Source: Mobula hypostoma
Taxonomy: Eukaryota
Direction: 5' to 3'
Assembly (NCBI RefSeq): GCF_963921235.1
Contig: NC_086097.1
Coordinates: 242,670,001-242,734,000 of the forward strand
Length of the DNA stretch: 64,000 nt
Positions 13,649 through 25,625 of the stretch are shown here, in pieces; positions within the stretch are counted from its first letter, which is position 1, and every line of letters begins with the position of its first letter. The position numbers and the translations under genes were made by a program. The notes beneath the pieces are model-generated. The model saw only the letters and a program-made list of their open reading frames with translations. It searched no databases and was not told the origin of the DNA.

Positions 13649-14560
13649 GGGTCCAGTGGCAGGGGGCTCGTCGCCCAGCGGCGCCGGGTGAAGAGAAGAA
13701 ACGCGAGCCCGATCCTCGGCGATCACCTCCAGTCCGCCATCTTCCCCCCGCCGCACAGCCGCGCACTGATTGAAGAAACTTAAACACTCGCTGCTCTCCC
13801 CAGATCCTGTTATTCCAGCGCATGTGGGCGATTTTTTAAACTAGTATTCTCCTCCTGCTCCTCCTCCCTCGCTTCCACCGCCTCCTCCTCCTCGCCGCCG
13901 CCGCCGCTAACTCCCGTGCGGCATGGAGAGGGGCAGCAGCAGAGCCCGTCTCAGCGGCGAGGGGCCGCGCTCCGGCTCGGCGGCTTCCCGCCGCCCATCG
14001 AGCTGGCTCGGGCAGCTGCGCGCCTTCGACGTCGGTGCGGCGCTCGCGGGCTCCGGTGCTGACGCGACCCCGGTGGCGGTACCGCCGCTGCTGCTCCTGC
14101 TGCCGTCGCCCGCCAGAGAGGGAACGCCGCTTCTCATCGACAGCAAGTGAATACCCAAACCCACCACCGCCGCCGGCGGAAGGCAACCGGAGCCGGTTAC
14201 TGCGACGCCGTCTTCCCTTCCAGGGGGGCTGCGTACGATCCACCCGAACACCGGCGCCTCAGCACCGCTTCCATCCTCACTCTAAACACCCCCCCCCATC
14301 ACACCGCTAACCTCCCCGTTCCCATTGGCTTGCGTCACTTCCTCGCCCGCCGGCCCCCGTCCAATCGCCGGCGGGGTGGGCGGGGCCTCGGGAAAGCCCA
14401 TTCATGGCAAGCGCGAGTTTCCCAAGATGTGACAAAGAGGAAGTCGTGACTCAGACGGGCTTTCACCCCACTGCAGCGCCGGTGATTGGCCAACTCCTCT
14501 TTGTGAGCACTTCCACACCGAAAGAATCCTCACGTTAACGGGAGAAAGTCGGCGGATGCT
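13250..14560. promoter_or_regulatory. CpG island covering the EXT1 promoter, 5'UTR and first part of the CDS
   Basis: Sharp switch to very GC/CpG-rich sequence with (GCC)n and (CCT)n runs, against an AT-rich, CpG-depleted background. Confidence 0.9.
14320..14490 (-). promoter_or_regulatory. TATA-less EXT1 proximal promoter motif cluster
   Basis: CCAAT boxes at 14324-14328(-), 14361-14365(+) and ~14485-14489(-); CRE-like GTGACGCA 14331-14338(-) overlapping ETS GGAAGTG 14336-14342(-); GC box GGGGTGGGCGGGGC ~14373-14386; AP-1 TGACTCA 14447-14453. Confidence 0.7.
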
Positions 14561-14576
14561 GGCGGTCCAAGCAACC

Positions 14577-14741
14577 CACACCAAATGCTGGAGGAACTCA
14601 GCACGCCAGGCAGCATCTATGGAAAAGAGTAAACAGTCGACGTTTCAGTCCCGAGGAAGGGTCCCGACCCGAAATCGTCGACAGTTTATTCATATCCATC
14701 GATGCAGTCTGACCTGCTGAGTTCCTCCAGCATTTCGTGTG
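14577..14741. repeat. Fold-back of two Penelope-terminal modules next to the EXT1 promoter
   Basis: AATGCTGGAGGAACTCAGCA...ATGGA versus TCCAT...TGCTGAGTTCCTCCAGCATT, with a degenerate hammerhead in the centre. Confidence 0.8.
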
Positions 14742-15665
14742 TATGCTCGCGTTTAACATTAACACGTTTGGAGTTCCTTGTTCAATTTAGCCGTTCAGTA
14801 TTATTCCCGGTTTGACATATTTTCATTGCTTATTGTTCGGGGAACGCTTTATTTGCTGTTTAGTTTCCCCAAAGGCTTAAAACGGATGAGACTGACTTTT
14901 CTCGGAAACTGATGTTTCGGCAGTGCGATACGGGTTTCACCCATACCTATCTCTTTCGGAGGGGAAAGGTGTTCATAAATTCCATTCTCTGCTGTCTTCA
15001 TGGTGCCTTGGCATCGTTTTTTTTTTGTCGCGGAGGACTTCTCCACGCCTTAATGTATTATCCACGCAGTTAACTTGGTTTCCCGTGGAAGTTGTGTAAG
15101 CTAGTGCGTGGAAGTCATCCTTTAAGGTTTATGCAGGGCCGATATGCATTATTAGTATTTAATTAATGCATGTGAATTCTGTGTTGAATCAAGACGCAGT
15201 CTGCCGTAAAACTTACAGGTTGAAGAGTACTATGATTTAATGAGTATAAAGCTGAATTCGAAATAAATCATCTTTCTCAGTTCAAAGTTCAAAGTAAATT
15301 TATTATCGAAGTACATACATGTACTTGAGGTATGACCCTGAGATTCATATTCTTGCGGGCATTCACTAGAACAGAGAAATACAATAGAAACAATGACAAA
15401 TTACACACAAAGTTTGACAAACGATCAACGCGCAAAACGAGACAAACTATGCACATAAATAAATAAATAAAGTTGTAGAGTCCTTGAAAGTGAGTCCATA
15501 GTTTGTGGAATCCATTCACTGTTGAGGAGAGTGATGTTATCCACATTGGTTCAGGAGCCTGATTGGTGAAGGGTACCAACTATTCTTGAACCTGATGGTG
15601 TGTGCCTCCTGAGGCTCCTGTACTCCTTCGCGATGGCAGCAGTGAGAAGACAGGATGATCTAGAT

Positions 15666-15745
15666 AAGGGGTTCCCAATCTGGGGTCCAAGGTCCCCTTG
15701 TCTAATGGTATTGGTCCATGGCATAAAAAAGGCTGGGAACCCCTG
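15666..15745. mobile_element. 80-bp hAT-Charlie MITE
   Basis: TIRs AGGGGTTCCCA/TGGGAACCCCTG; 8-bp TSD ATCTAGAT/GTCTAGAT (Charlie-type NTCTAGAN target). Confidence 0.85.
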
Positions 15746-15993
15746 GTCTAGATGATGGGGTCCTTGATTATGGATGCTGCTTTCCTGTAGCAGTGCGCCT
15801 TGTCGATGCGTTCAGTGGTGTGTCCACTACTTTTTGCAGGCTTTTCCATTTGTGGGCAATAGTCCCTCAAGATTGAGGATGCGATGAGTTTCCTGTAATC
15901 TGGGGTGGCTCGTGCATTCAAAGTTCAAAGTAAGTTTATTATCAAAGTATATATGCGTCACCATATACTATCCTGAGATTCATTTTCTTGCAG

Positions 15994-17112
15994 GTTCCTC
16001 CAACCTGAGTGTGGCTTCATCTTTACAGTAGAGGAGACCGTGGATAGACATGTCAGAATGGGAATGGGATGTGGAATTAAAGTGTGTGGCCACTGGGAGA
16101 TCCTGCTTTCTCTGGCGGACAGAGTGTAGATGTTCAGCAAAGCGGTCTCCCAGTCTGCGTCGGGTCTCGCCAATATATAAAAGGCCACATTGGGAGCACC
16201 AGACGCAGTATATCACCCCAGTCGACTCACAGGTGAAATGTTGCCTCACCTGGAAGGACTGTTTGGGGCCCTGAATGGTGGTAAGGGAGGAAGTGTAAGG
16301 GCATGTGTAGCACTTGTTCTGCTTACACGGATAAGTGCCAGGAGGGAGATCGCTCCCTATGCAACTCCCTTGTCCATTCGTCCCTCCCATCCCTCCCCAC
16401 TGATCTCACTGGGGTGATATACTGCGTCCGGTGCTCCCGATGTGGCCTTTTATATATTGGCGAGACCCGACGCAGACTGGGAGACTGCTTTGCTGAACAT
16501 CTACGCTCTGTCCGCCAGAGAAAGCAGGCCAGTGGCCACACATTTTAATTCCACATCCCATTCCCATTCTGACATGTCTATCCACGGCCTCCTGTACTGT
16601 AAAGATGAAGCCACACTCAGGTTGGAAGAACAGCACCTTATATTCCGTCTGGGTAGCCTCCAACCTGATGGCATGAACATCGACTTCACTAACTTCCGCT
16701 AAGGCCCAACCTCCCCCTCGTACCCCATCTGTTACTTATTTTATGCACACATTCTTTCTCTCACTCTCCTTTTTCTCCCTCTGTCCCTCTGTATGTACCT
16801 CTTGCCCATCCTCTGAGTCCCCCCCCCTTGTCTTTCTTCCCGGACCTCCTGTCCCATGATCCTCTCGTATCCCCTTTTGCCTATCACCTGTCCAGCTCTC
16901 GGCTCTATCCCTCCCCCTCCTGTCTTCTCCTATCATTTTGGATCTCCCCCTCCCCCTCCAACTTTCAAATCCCTCACTCTTCCTTCAGTTAGTCCTGAGG
17001 AAGGGTCTCAACCTGAAACGTCGACTGCACCTCTTCCTAGAGATGCTGCCTGGCCTGCTGCATTCACCAGCAACTTTGATGTGTGTTGCTTGAATTTCCA
17101 GCATCTGCAGAA
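15994..17112. mobile_element. Penelope-like element 3' region: GIY-YIG endonuclease in inverted duplicate, followed by the hammerhead-bearing tail
   Basis: GVIYCV.C..CGLLYIGETRRRLGDRFAEH...VATHFN on both strands (15980-16390 minus, ~16408-16702 plus); RLEEQHLIFRLGSLQPDGMNIDF C-terminus. Confidence 0.92.
16991..17026 (+). ncRNA. Minimal type-I hammerhead ribozyme motif in a Penelope 3' region (intact core)
   Basis: AGTC-CTGAGGA-AGG(gtctcaa)CCT-GAAA-CGTC^GACT: stem I AGTC/GACT, CUGANGA and GAAA boxes, stem II, palindromic stem III ACGU, GUC cleavage triplet. Confidence 0.75.
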
Positions 17113-18027
17113 TTACTGTTGTTTGCTTCACAGAATTTTTTTTACATGTGCCCAAGACTTTTGTAAAGTACTCTACCTCTGTGTGAAACTGTATCCTTTC
17201 AGCTGGCATGCGAATGAGATCATAACAGTAAAGCTACCTCATTCCGTATGCTTTTAAATTATCCAGACATGAAGTAGGATCCATTGTCAATTTTCTTCCT
17301 GGTTTACAGGAAATCTATGTTCTGCAAACAGGATATGAATTGTCATTGTAATTGTTATTGTTGTAATAATAAGGAGCTTGTCAATGTTTTATGTGTATAT
17401 TTCTTGTTATAATTTATTGTACATTTTATGTATTGCACTGTACTGTTGCCGCAAAATGACAAATTTCATGAGGTACTCAGTGATAACAAACTGATTCTGA
17501 CTCTGACTAGTCATTTTCTGGATTTTAGTTCAGAATCTCACCATCAAACCTGCAGCTCAGAGCGGTACTGCTGTAGTCTGGCGGACTTGCCTCTATTTTG
17601 CTGAGGCTAGACGGAAGATCTCAGACACCTCCTTCTTACTTACCCCAGAACCAGGACCGCATTGAGAATCATCAGGCCACAGGCTCCTGCACCATGACTG
17701 ATATCATCACCTCTGGACATCGCCCTTCTGCAGACTCCAGCCTCATTTTTCCCCAGTACCACAGTGCCCATCTCTATCTCCATACTCAAGATCCACAAAC
17801 CTAACTGACCTGGTACGTTCATTGAGTCTGCCTGTTCCTCCCCTACTAAATTCACATCTTCATTCCTTGACTCCATCTCATTTCCCTTGGTTCAGTCCCT
17901 TCCTAACTGCATCCGTGACCCTTCACATGCTCCTGTCACTTCAACAGCTTTTAGGTCGTTGGCCATAACTGCATAATTTTCACCAAGGATGCCCAGACCC
18001 TGTATACTTCCATCCTACATCAGGAAG

Positions 18028-19332
18028 TGGGCACGTGGCCAAGTGGTTAAGGCATTGGACTAGCGACCTGAAGGTCGTGAGTTCGAGCCCCAGCCAAGGC
18101 AACGTGTTGTGTCCTTGAGCAAGGCACTTAATCACACATTGCTCTGCGATGACACTGGTGCCAAGCTGTATGGGTCTTAATGCCCTTCCCTTGGACAACA
18201 TTGGTGTCATGGAGAGGGGAGACTTGCATCATGGGCAACTGCTGGTCTTCCATTCAACCTTGCCCAGGCCTGCGCCCTGGAAACATAGAAACATAGAAAA
18301 TAGGTGCAGGAGTAGGCCATTCGGCCCTTCGAGCCTGCACCGCCATTTGTTATGATCATGGCTGATCATCCAACTCAGAACCCCACCCCAGCCTTCCCTC
18401 CATACCCCCTGGCCCCCGTAGCCACAAGGGCCATATCTAACTCCCTCTTAAATATAGACAATGAACTGGCCTCAACTGTTTCCCGTGGCAGAGAATTCCA
18501 CAGATTCACCACTCTCTGTGTGAAGAAGTTTTTCCTAATCTCGGTCCTAAAAGGCTTCCCCTCTATCCTCAAACTGTGGCCCCTCGTTTTGGACTTCCCC
18601 AACATCGGGAACAATCTTCCTGCATCTAGCCTGTCCAATCCCCTTAGGATCTTATACGTTTCAATCAGATCCCCCCTCAATCTTCTAAATTCCAACGAGT
18701 ACAAGCCCAGTTCATCCAGTCTTTCTTCATATGAAAGTCCTGCCATCCCAGGAATCAATCTGGTGAACCTTCTTTGTACTCCCTCTATGGCAAGGATGTC
18801 TTTCCTCAGATTAGGGGACCAAAACTGCACACAATACTCCAGGTGTGGTCTCACCAAGGCCTTGTACAACTGCAGCAGTACCTCCCTGCTCCTGTACTCG
18901 AATCCTCTCACTATAAATGCCAGCATACCATTCGCCTTTTTCACCGCCTGCTGTACCTGCATGCCCACTTTCAATGACTGGTGTATAATGACACCCAGGT
19001 CTCATTGCACCTCCCCTTTTCCTAATCGGCCACCATTCAGATAATAATCTGTTTTCCTATTTTTGCCACCAAAGTGGATAACTTCACATTTATCCACATT
19101 AAATTGCATCTGCCATGAATTTGCCCACTCACCCAACCTATCCAAGTCACCCTGCATCCTCTTAGCATCCTCCTCACTGCTAACACTGCCACCCAGCTTC
19201 ATGTCATCCGCAAACTTGGAGATGCTGCATTTAATTCCCTCATCCAAGTCATTAATATATATTGTAAACAAGAGTGAAGACTTTCCAGGCGCAGATCCAT
19301 GGTCTTGCAAGACTAACGGATGCTTTTTTTTA
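18028..19332 (+). mobile_element. tRNA-headed SINE split by a CR1 insertion
   Basis: A box TGGCCAAGTGG, B box GTTCGAGCC; 12-bp TSD TACATCAGGAAG (18016-18027 / 19333-19344). Confidence 0.85.
18281..19270 (-). mobile_element. CR1 3' fragment, same subfamily as the 33-35 kb copy
   Basis: Near-identical peptide and 3'UTR, same octamer tail, one in-frame stop near 19002; inserted in a SINE. Confidence 0.95.
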
Positions 19333-21531
19333 TACATCAGGAAGCCCTCAGGGTTCTCTGCTTCTTTATGGATAACAGGCCCAACCAATTTCCCTGCACT
19401 ATCACCCTCCCCTGTTTGGCCAAATTGATACTTACCCTCAACAACTTCTGTTATGGCTCATCAAACTTTCTCCAGAATAAACATATATCTTGGACAATCA
19501 CATGGGTGCTGTGTGGCTATGTGGAACAATTCATATTCCATATCTACACTGGCAAAGCTCCCCAACTCTTCCTCCATTACTTTCATGATTGCATCTGTGC
19601 TGCTTTCAGCAGTCATGCTGAGCTCATCAATGTCATTAGCTTTATCACCAACTTCCATTCCCTCCTCAAATTCACTTGTTCCATCTCCAACACTTCACTG
19701 CTCTTTCTTGATATCACCGTCTCCACCCTGGGACACAGATTATCCACCAACATCTTCGACAAACCCACTGACTTGCACTGTTATGTTGACTACATCTCTT
19801 CCCTCCCTCCCTGTCAAGTGCAAGGATGCTACTTTCTTCTCTCAGGTGTTTAGTCTCTCCCCCATCTGTTCTCAGGTTGAGGTTCTCCTTTGCAGGGCAT
19901 CAGAGACATCCTCCTTCTTCTTCAGAAAACGGGGTTTCCTCCAACTGCTATTGATGCTTTCCTCACCCGCACTTCTTCTACATCCCACACATCTACCCAT
20001 ACTTCATCCATCCCCCAAACATAACAGAAATAGTGTTCCCCTTGTCCTCATGTGTGGATCCCACCTCCAGACATATTCCCTTCCCCCCCTCCACTTTCCG
20101 CAGTGCTCACTCTGTCCATGACTTCCTTGTCCACTCACCCCTCCCTACTGATCCTCCACCAAGCCCTTATCCCGCAAACATGCTCGGTGTTGCACCTGCC
20201 CCTACACCTCCTCCCCCACCACTATTCGACGCCTTAAACAATCCTTCCAACTGAGGCAGCCCTTCACATGTCCATAACTTTTTCTAGTGCTAGGTTGAGG
20301 CTACATGCAGATTAAAGGAATTGCACCTCATATTCCACCTTGATAGTCTCCAAACTGTTGGCATGAACATCGATTTCCCTAACTTGAAAAGTATGTCAAT
20401 AAGGCCAGTGTGGTTTACATGGACATTAGGAAGACATTTGACAAAGTCCCACATGGAAGCGTAGTCCAACAAGCAAGATAAAGGTCAAATTGGCAGATTG
20501 GATCCAAATTGGCTTGGTAGTAGGTGACAGTGGGTGATGGTGCAGGGTTGCTTTTGTGATTGGAAGCCTGTGACCAATAGGGTACTGGATGGATTGGAAC
20601 TGCACCCTTTTTGTATGTTATGTACAATAATGACTCGGATGTTAATGTAGGGAGCTAAGAAACAGATGATTCTGAAATGGGTGGTATTGTGGATGACGAG
20701 GAGGATAGTCTTAGGTACAGAAAGATATTGATCAGCTGGTAGGTTGGGCAGAGCAACACAAGTGGAATTTGCTCATGATAAATGCACAGTGACGCATTTT
20801 GGAAGTCAAATAAGGAAACGACACACACAAGGAATGGTAGGACCAAAGGATATAGAGAAAAAGAGGAAGCTCGGTGGACAAATCTATGGATCCTTGGAGA
20901 CAGCAGCACCGGTGATAGAGAAGGCAAATGAGATTCTTTACAAAATATACATGAAGCCATGACTGCAGTTTTGGTCACACCAGTATAAAATCAACATAGA
21001 TGTTCCGAAGGGGGCGTACAGGAGATTCATTGGAATGTTGTCCAGGGACGGATTGTTTCTGTTACAAGTTGGAGCTGTGAAGGCTGAGTGATAACCCGTT
21101 TGAAGCGAACAAAATTCTGATGACAGTAGTAAACTTTCCCCATAGTAGAGGTGCGTATAACCAGAAGGCGTAAATTTAATGTAAGGAGAAAGAGGTGTAG
21201 AAAGGATACAAAGAAGAGGTTTCATTCTATCCCCTCTGAACCTCTTCCTTCCAGGTGGTGTAAGGAGGAGACCGGGACTCTCAATGTTTAAGGAAAGCAC
21301 TTGAAATGACACAACAAAGAAGGCTACGGACCACATGGTGGAAAATGGAGACACAGAGAAAGGAATTTTCAATCTGAAGCCTTGACAGTTCATTTTCTCT
21401 CATAGGTGCTGTTCGAGTCACCAAGTTCCGTCGGCTGATTGTTTCTCTTGAAAAACGGACTATAGATGGAACTTGACAGTCAGCATGGATGCGATGGGCC
21501 AAATAGCCTGCTTCTCTGCTGTGTGACCCTG

Positions 21532-21932
21532 ATGTCATCATCACCCTTATATGCCTTGTCTTGTAATGTGGCCGATCATGGTCTCATGTCCGTGATTGTT
21601 CTTGGCAAATTTTTCTGCACAAGTGGTTTGCCATTGCCTTCTTCTGGGCAGTGTCTTTACAAGATGGGTGACCCTAGCCATTATCAATACTCTTCAGAGG
21701 TTGTCTGCCTGGAGTCAGTGGTCGCAAAACCAGGACTTACCATATGCACCAGCTGCTTATATGACCATCCACCACCTGCTCCTGTGGTTTCACGTGATCC
21801 TGATCTGGGGGGTGGGCTGGATGTGGGCGTGCTAAGCAGGTGCTACACCTTGCCCAGAGTGACCTGCAGACTAGCGGAGAGAAGGAGCACCCTACAGCTC
21901 CTTGGGTAGCGACACATCTCCACACCGCCACC
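21532..21932 (-). mobile_element. Non-autonomous RTE-tailed element (other copies ~38230-38608 and ~41625-42003, all minus)
   Basis: Three ~390-bp copies; the 3' end CCATGATC..CCAC...(TGA)n is shared with the RTE fragment at 25575-25625. Confidence 0.75.
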
Positions 21933-22884
21933 TGTGAACTGACAGTAGCATATAAAATTGTGAGAGTCTTTTTCACAGGGTGGAATTGTCAAATTCTAGA
22001 GGTCATAGCTTTAAGTTGAGGAAGGGAAAGTTTAAAGGAGATTTGTGAGGTTTTTGTTTGAACAGGGTGGTGCAGGTTCCTGGAATACACGATTAGGGTA
22101 CTGATGGAAGCAGATATGACAACAATGTTTATGTGACAATTAGATAGGCATATCTAAGACAAAGAATAGTGGGATATAGACCATGTGCATACAGATTGCA
22201 TTAGCTTGGATTGGCATCTTATTTGATACGGACATCATGAGCTGAAAGGTCTCTTCTTAGGCTGGATTATTCAATGCTCTATCTGTCACTTCTGCAGTAG
22301 AAGTTGTATAAAGAGGACTGTTAATGGTGTGGATTTTCCTGAAGTTGATAATCACCTTTGTAATATTGAGATTGAGGAAGAGATTGAGGACATGCGTATG
22401 CCTTCTTGACCACCCTGTCTCCTCTTGCACCGCCACTTTCAGCCAGCTACAATTTATCTGTACATCAATTCTCCTCAGGGTCCCCTAGATCCCTCCGCCA
22501 AGAATATCCCCAAGGGTTATGATATTTCGTATCTGGCTTCCTTTTGCATTTGACCTCTGAAACTGCAACGCCTCATATTTATACAAATTAAACTCTACAT
22601 GCCATTTCTCTGACCACGTATCTAGCTTGACTACACCTTCCTAAATCCTTTGCCACTATTCACAATTTTTGTAATATTTGCAAACTTATAAGAAGTTGCC
22701 TCACATTTTCATTTAACTGATGGATCCTAACACTGATCCTTGTGGAACACCACTGGTCACAGACCTCCAGTCAGAATAACACCCCTTCATCACTACCCTC
22801 TGCCTATGGTCAACCCAATTTTGCATCAAATCCATCAAGCCCCATGGACCCCATGTGCCTTAATCTTCTGGATTAGCTACCATT

Positions 22885-23317
22885 CCTCCAAAAGGACCAC
22901 AATCTTGTCAAGGTCTGGAAGCCAGTGTGCCTCAATGACCTGGAGAGCAGTGTTGGCTGGAGTCAGGGCTTTATTCTTTGGCTCTTGGTAGGGTCACCCA
23001 TGCCAAACAGTCAAAGGGTTGGGGTCAGACTGAGAGTGGTCCACCAGTCCTCCAGGTTTTGGGGTTCAGCTCAGGGCTAACAACCCTGACTGGTAAAACA
23101 AAATTGTTACGGAAACAGCAATGAAAAATCCTTTCTACATCTGAGTGTGATGGTATTCCTGAGTCTCCACCCAGGACTTGCATGGCTGACAGTAGTGAAA
23201 ACCAAGAGGAAGCTACTGACGTGATGAAGGAAGCCCTGAACACCACCAGAGATGGAGGACCTTCATTGTTGCCCTAAATGCCCATGGTGTAATAGGCAGT
23301 AAGTAAGTGAGTAAGTA
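22885..23317 (+). mobile_element. Bipartite RTE-derived short element with (GTAA)n tail
   Basis: 5' block TGGTAGGGTCACCCATGCCAAACAG resembles Rex3/Expander 5'UTRs; near-TSD AGCTA(C/T)CATT (22875-22884 / 23318-23327); related block at ~24790-25075. Confidence 0.65.
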
Positions 23318-25189
23318 AGCTATCATTAGTGAACTTGTTGAAAGCTTAACTGAGGTCCATGTGTACAACATCCACTGCCCTACCCTCACCAATCAACTTT
23401 ATCACCTCCTCAAAAACCTCAAACTTACAACTCCATTTGTAAGTCATGTTCTCCCCTGCGCAAAGACATGCTGACCAGCTCTAAAGTTTATGGTTTTCCA
23501 AATGTGAGTACTTCCTGTCCCTAAGAATCTTCTCCAATAATTTCCCTACCACCAATGGAAGGCTCACAGATCTATAGTTCCCTAGCCTAATCATGAGACA
23601 ATTTACAATGACCAATCAACCTACCAACTGGTAGGTCTTTAGACTGTGGGATGAAAATGGACCAGCTGGAAGAAACCCATGCCGTCACAGGGAGAATGTA
23701 CAAACTCCTTAAAAACAGTGGAAGGAATTGAACCTGGGTTGATGGAATTGTAAAGTGTTAGGCTAACCACTACACCACCTAATTCTCCGATACACTGTAC
23801 GCACACCAAGGATTGTCACCTCTAATTTCTACAATAGGGCGATCCAACCATTGCTCTGAGCAGGAAATTTTTACATCGTCTGAAAACTGTGTGGCACATT
23901 AGATGTTCTGTTTTTGTAATATGAGCATCATACAAATATAAACCCACAACCCACAACACAAGTAAATGGTGTCCAGCAGTCAAAACAACTGACAGGCATA
24001 ATGGCAAAAATAGAATGTTTTGACTAGATGGCATCAGTGATCAGTGGGCTGGTAGTTCATTAACAATGAACTCCCGACTTCCATTCTGTGTTTATTGTTA
24101 CAATTTATAATACTGATGAAACACCGAGAATGTAGATATATTGAAGCTCTAAAATGTTTCAAAGTAAGGTTGCGGTACATTCATTATTTAGAAAATTTAT
24201 AGATTATATTCATTAACACATAATTAATTACAGGGTATTTCACAATTACATTAGCATTAATTCAAAATTATGTTAACATTATTAGATTAGAATCAACTTT
24301 ATTGTCATTGTGCTGAGTACAGATACAAAGCCAATGAAATGCAGTTAGCATCTGACCAGAAATGCAAAGAATAGTGTTATTTACAAAATAACTGCAAATA
24401 AAAAGTAAGTGCTACAGCACACAAATATAGAAGTACTGAGACAGTACAATGTGGGTACAATACTGCTTAGTGCTGTGATGTGAGGTTCAGCAGGGTCACA
24501 GCCTCAGGGAAGAAGCTCTTCCTGTGCCCGCTGGTGCGGGAGCGGAGGCTCCTGTAGTGCCTACCGGATAGGAGGAGAGTAAAAAGTCCATGGTTAGGGT
24601 GAGATGTATCCTTGATAATGCTTTTCGCCCTGCCCAGGCAGCATATATAAAAGAAACTTCTAGCTGCACATCAACAAAGGCTATGTGGACAGGAACATTT
24701 CAGTTACTGCGTGGCCACGCACCCACACAACTTACAGGGAACAGTGATTGTGAGCTCATGCAATCCAAAGAACAATGTCATCTGATGCTTAGCTGCTGGT
24801 AGAGTCACCCATGGCAGTAAGGTCAAAGGGCAGGTTCCAGAAGAAGAGTGATGTAACCAAGACCTCAACAGTGGAACTGGTGGAAGATGATGAAGCTCCA
24901 CAATATGGCGGTGAAGGTAGAGGAAGGCTGCAGCAGCGAAGGGCTACCAGTTGTCTTTCATTCCATGCCAATGGACCGACACCGATCTGTCAAGGACTGT
25001 GTGGTGGCTATCCATTTTAAACAAAGTCATGCACAGCCATTCTCCAGGGAATAACCCCTTTGGAGAACTTCATACTTGATTCAATTGCTACTATTGTGCA
25101 CACCATACACAAATAAAGGAATCACATAACCAACCATTCAGAAAGCTCTACATTCCTTTTATGTTTAGTGGCAAATGATGGCTGCAGAG

Positions 25190-25625
25190 TGTTGCGGTGT
25201 TACGCTCATTCCACACTAATGCATGGAAGCGAATGTTGGACAATATCAAAAGAAAATGAGGGAAGACTCAAAGCTGCAAAAATGTGGTTTTTGGGAAGAA
25301 TGATGAAAAGATTGTGGAAGGACAGTAACAAATAAGGAGGTGTTATGAAAAGCCAGAATAAGAAGAGAGCTGATATTAATCAGGAACCAGCAGCTCGAAT
25401 TTCTGGGACAGGTACTGACGAAAGAGAAGCTCGAACAGCTTGCAGCGACGGGAAAAACCGATGGAAGAGAAAGTTACGGTCGATAGTGTATGACATTCAT
25501 GAGTTACATCAAGGGATGGACAGGCAAAAGTTTTGAAGAGCTTATTAGAACTTCTCAGATTAAGGACAGGTGGAAGGCCATGATCACCCACGTCATGTGA
25601 CACAGCACATAATGATGATGATGGT
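25190..25625 (+). mobile_element. RTE-clade LINE 3' fragment with (ATG)n tail
   Basis: HGSECWTI...LKAAKMWFLGRMM, a typical RTE C-terminus; tail CACATAATGATGATGATG. Confidence 0.7.

Larger units (their letters stand above)
17530..20390 (+). mobile_element. Old Penelope-like RT/EN element interrupted by a SINE plus CR1
   Basis: DAQTLYTSILHQE|ALRVLCFF...LILTLNNF, FLDITV and KPTD RT motifs; GIY-YIG end remnant GGCATGAACATCGATTTC near 20360. Confidence 0.8.
20390..23580. mobile_element. Old CR1 debris (plus ~20390-22280, minus ~22490-23580) interrupted by RTE-type short elements
   Basis: Degenerate RT motifs (TTTGACAAAGTCCCACATG) and CR1 C-terminal/3'UTR remnants. Confidence 0.65.

Noticed and set aside
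13649..13756. 36-aa N-terminal extension of EXT1 in the ORF track (MRRGEDGG...)
   Set aside because: It starts at GTG; the conserved EXT1 start MQAKKRY is the ATG at 13648. The ORF-track stop at 12692 is intronic read-through past the splice donor.
13836..14449. Several 75-135 aa Arg/Pro/Ala-rich ORFs on both strands, suggesting a divergent gene
   Set aside because: Expected from stop-codon scarcity in a CpG island; no recognisable domain.
18028..18100. tRNA-like sequence (also 45547-45615 and 59420-59480)
   Set aside because: A and B boxes are present, but there is no complete cloverleaf and each continues into a SINE body; these are SINE heads, not tRNA genes.
18352..19044. 230-aa plus-strand ORF (and similar ones at 62749-63321 and 33872-34987)
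   Set aside because: Antisense shadow frames of CR1 ORF2 with no independent protein features.
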